From positions 1,184,001-1,248,000 of the forward strand of contig CAXXDV010000001.1 in NCBI GenBank assembly GCA_963674745.2: 64,000 bases of DNA, given 5' to 3'. Source of the stretch: Desulfosudaceae bacterium (GTDB taxonomy: Bacteria > Desulfobacterota > Desulfobacteria > Desulfobacterales > Desulfosudaceae). Made by a program: the position numbers and the translations under genes. How positions within the stretch are numbered: position 1 is the first letter of the stretch; each line of letters begins with the position of its first letter. Below the pieces are notes generated by a model. That model did no database searches. It was not told the DNA's origin and worked only from the letters and a program-made list of their open reading frames with translations. Below are positions 57,910 to 64,000 of this stretch, piece by piece.

Positions 57910-60066
57910 TTGGAGGATAAAAAAATGTTAAAAAATTATTTTTCGTTTACTCTCGGTATCGCGGAAGTGGCATCCGATGTTCTTGAAGTTTGCCATTTAG
58001 ACAGCTTTCCCCCTGCAATGAATCTATTAATCTTCAGTATAGGGCTGATTATATCGCCAAAATTCTACAGAAGCCTTCGGCTGGTCACAGCAAAAGCCTC
58101 TCGAATGTGTCGAGACGGACGGATTTTCATTTTGCCATTTTTCCTGTTCTGGTTATTGTGCATGCCGGCGGTCGCCAGCGATACGGTCGCTCGATACATT
58201 TTTTTGCCGGATATTTCCGAATCCATGATATGGCGCTCCCGGTTGGTTAATGATCCACAAACCCCCGGGCAAAAAATTATTCTTTTTGACCAAATCAAGC
58301 GCGAAATGACCCACCTTGTGCAGAGCCTTCCCGCATCACAGCATGCAGAGATTTTCTTTTTCCCTTTCGCTGAAGGCATTTGTGACGAAAAAGCATTTTT
58401 CCTTTCACCTGATTCGGAGCGAAAAGGGTCTAATGCAGAAATAGCCACATATATAAATGAGCTTCAGGCGACTGGGAAGGAAACTTTTATTTTTTCTACC
58501 TTGGAAAAAGTGATCCAGAGGTTCCACAACCAAGCCACGTCCACAAATAAAGCAATCGCAACGACTCTTTTCCTTTTGACGGATGGGGTAGATACCGGAC
58601 CGGATTATGAAAACAATCTTTTGCGCGCTTTAGCCCTGTTCCGCGACTGGGTAAATACCACGGAATATAATAAGCCGTATCTTTTTACCATGCACCTTTT
58701 ACCCGAAAACCTGCCGGATGGACAGGATAAGCTGGCGATGGAGAAAGAAGCGTTTAAAACAATCCCCAACGCCGGGATAGTCACATCAATTATCGGTCAG
58801 GAACCTAAAATACGAATTCTTCGACCACGTATTTCTTCCATTGATTTCGAATATTGGCAGCCTGGAGAAACACTGCCGGCACAAAAAAAGCTCCCCTTCG
58901 AATGGATTACGTCGGAGAAAAAGCAAGAAACCATCCATCTGGATTTTATCCCGGTATTTAAGCGCAACACGAATGATGTTCCGCCGGGCGTGGAAATCAT
59001 ATTTAATAAGGCCTCTGCTGTTCTAAAAACCGAGGGAAGCGGCATCTACGTTGCAGATATTCAGCTGACCCCTGTTCTTGATAATGGAAGACCCGATACC
59101 GATTTTTATGTTGAAGGTCAGATGGCGATCAAAACCGACGAGGGGATTCAAGTACAGCCTGACGATGTAACTTTTAAATTGCATATCGGAGGGAAGCCCC
59201 TGGTTTCTTTTCACGCCCGAGAGAACCCGAAACCAATGCGCTCTAACGCATTACCAACGGCTGTAAATTGGACCTATCAAATTCAAAAAACCGGCCGGGT
59301 GGAAGGACGCTTAAGCGACGTAAAAGTATTTTGGGCGGACGCCACCGGTTTTGACGCACCATCTCCGGTGCTTTCATTAACTGACAAGTCGGGGGCCAAC
59401 ACAAGAAACTGGGATCTGGTGGAATACGCGAAAATAACTATTCCCGTGAGCAAGACATTATGCGCCGGCCGACACACCGAGAATGTCGTCATCCAGACCA
59501 CTGAAAAAAGCCCTTTTCTTTTCTCTGATGGAAACGGACACAGGGTTAAGTCTCTTCACCTACCGGTTACCCTGGAGGTTTTAAAACCGCCTAAACCGCT
59601 TTGGCTGCGTCTGGCCGCTCTCGGCATGAGCCTTGTTGTGCTGCTGGCCGGTTGTATTGCTGTCTATTATCATCGCAAACCCAGTTTTGGCGATGTTGAG
59701 CTTCAGCTCATAAAAACCGGTGATCCGGACAATGTTTATTCATCAGGGGTTCTGGATCGTCTGGTCCTAAAAGGGAAAAAACCTGTGACAACAGGAACAA
59801 CCGCGCCATATCTGACTTCATTCGTTTCAACACTGGTCTGGCGGCCAGACCGGTCGGATGGGCGTGATCTGCTGCTTGTCAGAAACACAGGCAGCGAATC
59901 GGTTGATTTGATGTCACAGGAAAACGAGCACCAGGATGTTCAGATGCACACCGGCAGGGAATGTGAAGTGACGGGCGGCGACGTCCTGACCTGCGGTGAT
60001 TTTTCCATACGGGTTGCCAGCGTTACCTATCAGCGCGAGGAAGACCCTTTGGACTCAACCTATTAA
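57910..60066 (+). CDS. vWA-domain membrane protein with FHA-like C-terminus
   Basis: MIDAS DISES, T, LTDG; TM helix near residue 570; GGDVLTCG tail. Start uncertain. Confidence 0.75.
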   Translation: MEDKKMLKNYFSFTLGIAEVASDVLEVCHLDSFPPAMNLLIFSIGLIISPKFYRSLRLVTAKASRMCRDGRIFILPFFLFWLLCMPAVASDTVARYIFLPDISESMIWRSRLVNDPQTPGQKIILFDQIKREMTHLVQSLPASQHAEIFFFPFAEGICDEKAFFLSPDSERKGSNAEIATYINELQATGKETFIFSTLEKVIQRFHNQATSTNKAIATTLFLLTDGVDTGPDYENNLLRALALFRDWVNTTEYNKPYLFTMHLLPENLPDGQDKLAMEKEAFKTIPNAGIVTSIIGQEPKIRILRPRISSIDFEYWQPGETLPAQKKLPFEWITSEKKQETIHLDFIPVFKRNTNDVPPGVEIIFNKASAVLKTEGSGIYVADIQLTPVLDNGRPDTDFYVEGQMAIKTDEGIQVQPDDVTFKLHIGGKPLVSFHARENPKPMRSNALPTAVNWTYQIQKTGRVEGRLSDVKVFWADATGFDAPSPVLSLTDKSGANTRNWDLVEYAKITIPVSKTLCAGRHTENVVIQTTEKSPFLFSDGNGHRVKSLHLPVTLEVLKPPKPLWLRLAALGMSLVVLLAGCIAVYYHRKPSFGDVELQLIKTGDPDNVYSSGVLDRLVLKGKKPVTTGTTAPYLTSFVSTLVWRPDRSDGRDLLLVRNTGSESVDLMSQENEHQDVQMHTGRECEVTGGDVLTCGDFSIRVASVTYQREEDPLDSTY

Positions 60067-60081
60067 TAATGGAGGTAACAC

Positions 60082-62895
60082 ATGAAAACACAAAACAACT
60101 ATTCAAACGGTGAGAACCAGACGGGCAAGACCCTTGCACCGGCTAAGGTTGAACGGCTTCTGATTATTACGACCGGTACAACCGGTGGGATTGTGGGGCT
60201 TTTAGCCAAGCGACACTTCATCGAGGTTCTGGGTTATATCCCCAAATCTGTACGAATCTTGAATATTGACACCGATGAAGCGCCGCAAATCGACGGAGCA
60301 ACATTTGACGACAGCGAGAAAATTAAAATTGAAATCGGCGACGCTCCGGCAGTGGTCAACAATGTTCGGCACATTGGAGATTGGTACCCGAAAAGCATGT
60401 CGGCAGACCCTATTGTTAATGGAGCTGGTGCTCGCCGGCCGCAGGGAAGACTGGCGCTCCACTATGATGCCGCCAGAGTCTTTAACGCAATCAAATCTGC
60501 CTTCGACGCGTTACAGAGCCCTGAGCTTGTTTCCGACCATCCCGACATATATGAGATTCCACCGGGCAGTTCTGTCCGGGTCATCATGGCAGGGTCTGAC
60601 GCCGGCGGTTCAGGCAGTGCGATGTTTGTAGACACCGGGCGATATATTCGTGAAAAGCTGTTTGACGGTAATCAGGCACACCAGTTGTTGGGCTTTCTTG
60701 TGTCTGGCTCTGCTTTTGCCGACAAACCTCATACCGACCTGATAGCGCAAAATGCTTATGCATTCTGGAAAGAAATGAATTATATAGCGGGCGCAGATCC
60801 GCGCCAGGTACCCAAAATCACGCTCAATGGCGTCACCATGCCCCGCGAAGACCGGAAGGGGGTCGATAGCCTGTTGCCTTTCAATAAGCTGGTGATTGTA
60901 GAACCGCGCAATGAGCTTTTTAATTATCAGCTGGAAGATATTTTAAATATTCTGGGTCGGGTTGTTTTTCTGGCATCGGGTTTTTTGGCCGATTCAGCCC
61001 TTCGTGTATGGAAGAATTCAGCAGCTCTTCCGTGGTTTGGACAGTTTCCGATTGTGTCAGGCGTTGGAGAAAGCGAACTGGTTTTTCGGGAAGAAGAAGT
61101 CGCTGATTTTGCCGTGGCCAGTCTGATTAAAAAGTTTATCAACTTTTTATTCGCAGAGGACGGAACAAACACGGTTTCAAAAAAGGATGTCCTTGAACGG
61201 TTGCAGGCGTGGCAACTTGTGGAAGCGGATCAGGACCAGGTAATCGATCGTATTCTCGATCCGGCATTGGTCAGCAATATTCGAAAGCCGAGAAAATTTG
61301 ACAAGCCCACAGCAACCGAGCTTTTGGCCACGGAAGCGGGGCAACGCGGCCGTATGATTGAAAACCTGCGCAAAACAGCCAGCCGGAATGAAAAAGAAGT
61401 GCGCCGGGCTGCTTTTAATGACCTTCACGGACACGCCTACACCGCCGCCAACGAACCCGGCGGTTTACCGGCGTTACAGCGGTTTCTGCGACAATTCAAA
61501 ATTTATTGTGACTCGTATAGGAAAATGATGGTCAATGAGATCAATGATTTTGGGGGCACGGCAAAAATTGCCGGCGAGCAACTCGAAAAAGCCCGCAACC
61601 AGCTTCAGCAAGCCTCGGACCGTTTCTGGGGAAGGGCCAGAGGGATCGAGAAGGCCTATGACGCCTTGGCCGATGCCACCAGAAAACACCTCGTTACGGA
61701 GGCAGAAATCATACGCAGAGATTCGGCCGCATCACTATATAAAGCGCTTATTGAAGAGGCCAATGCTCTGGAGGCGCAAGCGAAGACCCTTCAAAGCAAC
61801 CTTGAAATGGTTTGCAAGCACGCCACTGGAAAACTGAGATCGATTTTTTCACGGCGGCGGCAAAAAAGCCCAAACATTATTGCTGTCGGCGAAAGCCTTG
61901 CCGATAAGGCAATTTCATCTGTTGATCCTGCTGGCTTTTTATCGAAATTTTCCCGTACGCCTTCGTTCTTAGACCTGTTTAACCGGAATGTCGATGATCT
62001 TTACGCCGTAATTGACAGCCACCTCCGCTCCACCCCGGAGGTAAAATCGATTCTCGCGTCAAGCCTGGACGATGTGCTGGGTCGTATGGCCGATGTCGAT
62101 CGAAAACGCATTATGTCGGACCTCGACCGCCTCAGCACGCCATTATGGCGGTGGGACAAGTCTCTCCGGGATATTGCAGAAGGCCGCAAAACGGAAACGA
62201 TCTTCCTGATTGGCTGTGGTTCCGCCCAGAATAATATTTTCAGGCAGCAGGATCTGTTCCGTTATCTTCCATCAAAAGGGGCGACAGATCCTGCCATCGT
62301 CGGGACTGGAGACAGCAATCGTATTGTATGTGTTCAGTTTGAAGACGCCGTACCGCCCTTTGCCCTGAAAACTTTAGGAAGCTGTAAGAGCCGGTATGAA
62401 CGATCAAAGCGGGAATCCGTCACCATGCGAGACCGGGGACAGACCCGGATTGCCTTTGAAATCGATGGGCGATGGGAAGACACGCTTCCGGATATTTTCC
62501 CCAGCCAAGGAAAAGAAGAAGATTTTCAGATATGGACGCTGGCGCATGTGCCTGAACTTTTTGGCCTAATCACCAAGAACAGTTCGTTTTACTACGCACA
62601 TTCAAAGAAGAACGGTCGACCGGGTGATGATTTTAAAATCTCGTTGGCTCAGGGCCGAATCGCTGCTTTTCATGCTTACGTCCAGGATGAAGCGCTTATC
62701 GACGAGCACCGCGACGTCATTGAAAAAATAGCCAAAAAAATGGGGGATACGGAACTGGCTGATCGACTGAAGGAATATCGAGATAACACGCTGATGGACC
62801 TGGCCCGAGCCGCTGCGTCACCGGAGTTAAAGGATCAGGTGGAACGTGAAATCCGGGCTCTTGACGAATTTATAAACGAAATTTCAAGCATTTAG
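60082..62895 (+). CDS. Tubulin/FtsZ-like GTPase (Tubulin_2 type) with coiled-coil C-terminus
   Basis: GTTGG, NIDTD, GAGARRPQGR, GSDAGGSGSA, NAYAFWKE. Confidence 0.85.
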   Translation: MKTQNNYSNGENQTGKTLAPAKVERLLIITTGTTGGIVGLLAKRHFIEVLGYIPKSVRILNIDTDEAPQIDGATFDDSEKIKIEIGDAPAVVNNVRHIGDWYPKSMSADPIVNGAGARRPQGRLALHYDAARVFNAIKSAFDALQSPELVSDHPDIYEIPPGSSVRVIMAGSDAGGSGSAMFVDTGRYIREKLFDGNQAHQLLGFLVSGSAFADKPHTDLIAQNAYAFWKEMNYIAGADPRQVPKITLNGVTMPREDRKGVDSLLPFNKLVIVEPRNELFNYQLEDILNILGRVVFLASGFLADSALRVWKNSAALPWFGQFPIVSGVGESELVFREEEVADFAVASLIKKFINFLFAEDGTNTVSKKDVLERLQAWQLVEADQDQVIDRILDPALVSNIRKPRKFDKPTATELLATEAGQRGRMIENLRKTASRNEKEVRRAAFNDLHGHAYTAANEPGGLPALQRFLRQFKIYCDSYRKMMVNEINDFGGTAKIAGEQLEKARNQLQQASDRFWGRARGIEKAYDALADATRKHLVTEAEIIRRDSAASLYKALIEEANALEAQAKTLQSNLEMVCKHATGKLRSIFSRRRQKSPNIIAVGESLADKAISSVDPAGFLSKFSRTPSFLDLFNRNVDDLYAVIDSHLRSTPEVKSILASSLDDVLGRMADVDRKRIMSDLDRLSTPLWRWDKSLRDIAEGRKTETIFLIGCGSAQNNIFRQQDLFRYLPSKGATDPAIVGTGDSNRIVCVQFEDAVPPFALKTLGSCKSRYERSKRESVTMRDRGQTRIAFEIDGRWEDTLPDIFPSQGKEEDFQIWTLAHVPELFGLITKNSSFYYAHSKKNGRPGDDFKISLAQGRIAAFHAYVQDEALIDEHRDVIEKIAKKMGDTELADRLKEYRDNTLMDLARAAASPELKDQVEREIRALDEFINEISSI

Positions 62896-62905
62896 GAGAT
62901 AAAAC

Positions 62906-64000
62906 ATGGCCATTTCAACTGCCGTAATCATTGGGGTTGGTTCTCGTGTCGAGCCCTTTTTAGAGGCGACTATGGCCTGGCGAGAAGGTTTGGATCCTGT
63001 TTTTAGGACTTTTATCGCCAATGCCATGCTTTGTGATGATGGTTCAGTATCTTTAAACGGGGGGAAAGTCAGCCTGCTGCTGGAAGGTCTGTCAACAGAA
63101 CTGACCGATGACGCATGGCGGCTTAATCGTGCCATCGGGGATGAGCAGGATACACAAATTCAGGCCTGGCTTCAGTCTATTATTCAGGAGACACGCCAGG
63201 AGTCACATTTAAGAGCCGCCCGTGCCGCAGGATATGAAGTCCAGCCCGGTTTAAGAATCGTTCTGGTCTCAACAACATTTGACCCGGTTGGAGCAGGTCT
63301 TTCCCTTATGTTTTCAAAGAAAATTAAGCAGGTTGCGCGCGCATGCAACCTGCCGGTATGGGTCCACCTTTTCAAAATCGCACCGGATGTTTTCGTTGAT
63401 GGTGTGGCGGGGGTTCCGGAAGAATTCAAAGTAAAAAAGGAGGATCAGGGAATAGCCGGTCTTTTTACAGTGTCACATTTGAATGAACTGACCGATGTGG
63501 CGGCAAAGTTACCACAGGAAGGACGACTTTTTCAGGACTGCTGGATTGTATCAAATGTGACAACACGAAATACCTGCATTAATAATTTTTCAGTGTTGGC
63601 TAACTACCTGGCCGTTTTCGTGTCACTGTTTCATGTTGGAGGCTTTCATCTTTCTGATCATACCGGGATGTACGCCGAAAATGGGGATCTGCCTATCATC
63701 AACTCAATCGGGATTTACGAGTTCCACCTTGACCGGGAAGGATTGCAAAAAACACTATTTGACCGCGTCGCTCATATCGCCTTGGATTTTCTAAACGTTT
63801 GGGAGAAGAAACCGTTTGAACATCAACAGATGAGCTCTGACGTCTCTAACCTGATTTATAAGAAACAGATGGACTTGCTCCGTGAACGTTTTTCCAGAGA
63901 CGACTGCGGAAAAACACTGTATTCCACCTTTCAATATCAAATGAGTGACGGCTTTTTAGAATCCGAAGAGGCGGCAAGATCTTTTGAAAATGATGTTTTA
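62906..64000 (+). CDS. Degenerate tubulin-like protein (3' partial, absent from the ORF track)
   Basis: AGGAG RBS; MAISTAVIIGVG..IVLVSTTFDPVGAG..FQDCWIVSN; no stop seen before the window end. Confidence 0.6.
   Translation, partial: MAISTAVIIGVGSRVEPFLEATMAWREGLDPVFRTFIANAMLCDDGSVSLNGGKVSLLLEGLSTELTDDAWRLNRAIGDEQDTQIQAWLQSIIQETRQESHLRAARAAGYEVQPGLRIVLVSTTFDPVGAGLSLMFSKKIKQVARACNLPVWVHLFKIAPDVFVDGVAGVPEEFKVKKEDQGIAGLFTVSHLNELTDVAAKLPQEGRLFQDCWIVSNVTTRNTCINNFSVLANYLAVFVSLFHVGGFHLSDHTGMYAENGDLPIINSIGIYEFHLDREGLQKTLFDRVAHIALDFLNVWEKKPFEHQQMSSDVSNLIYKKQMDLLRERFSRDDCGKTLYSTFQYQMSDGFLESEEAARSFENDVL

Larger units (their letters stand above)
4418..64000. mobile_element. tRNA-Ala-integrated genomic island (ICE/IME-like), right end not seen
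   Basis: Integrase next to the tRNA 3' end, Xis-like HTH, primase/NTPase, SSB/DUF932/RadC block, defence cargo, shift to AT-richer DNA. No capsid or T4SS genes seen. Continuity to the window end is inferred. Confidence 0.75.

Noticed and set aside
4418..64000. Prophage or complete conjugative element
   Set aside because: No capsid, terminase, tail, relaxase or T4SS genes recognised; attR not found by eye

Overview
Positions 1-4.3 kb are ordinary host DNA with a deltaproteobacterial (Desulfobacterota-like) look, which is an inference from gene content: a partial XRE 'mobile mystery protein A', a flavoprotein, a class I aldolase, a REP-like palindrome and an acyl-CoA ligase. A tRNA-Ala(GGC) at 4342-4417 is followed by a tyrosine integrase that opens a large AT-richer integrative island. 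No second tRNA copy (attR) was seen, so the island probably runs past the window end. The island backbone has an Xis-like HTH protein, a split primase/NTPase with two inverted iteron arrays, and an SSB/SWIM/PD-(D/E)xK/UvrD/DUF932/RadC block. Cargo: (1) a minus-strand defence cluster with type I R-M, an HATPase kinase plus STAS-wHTH regulator pair bracketed by two near-identical palindromic operators, and a Cys-free Ubl/E2/JAB-E1/DUF6527 ubiquitin-like operon; (2) a nuclease-like + Ser/Thr kinase + unknown triad next to an intact ISL3; (3) an orphan class III nucleotide cyclase; (4) a five-gene all-secreted cassette with a CsgG/HfaB-like lipoprotein, repeat-bearing candidate amyloid subunits and a trypsin-like protease, lying between two copies of a backbone segment; (5) a methyltransferase/ABC transporter/multi-receiver/sigma54-like activator cluster; (6) a vWA + tubulin-like + degenerate tubulin-like operon cut by the window edge. 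All family calls come from motif reading by eye; no searches were run.
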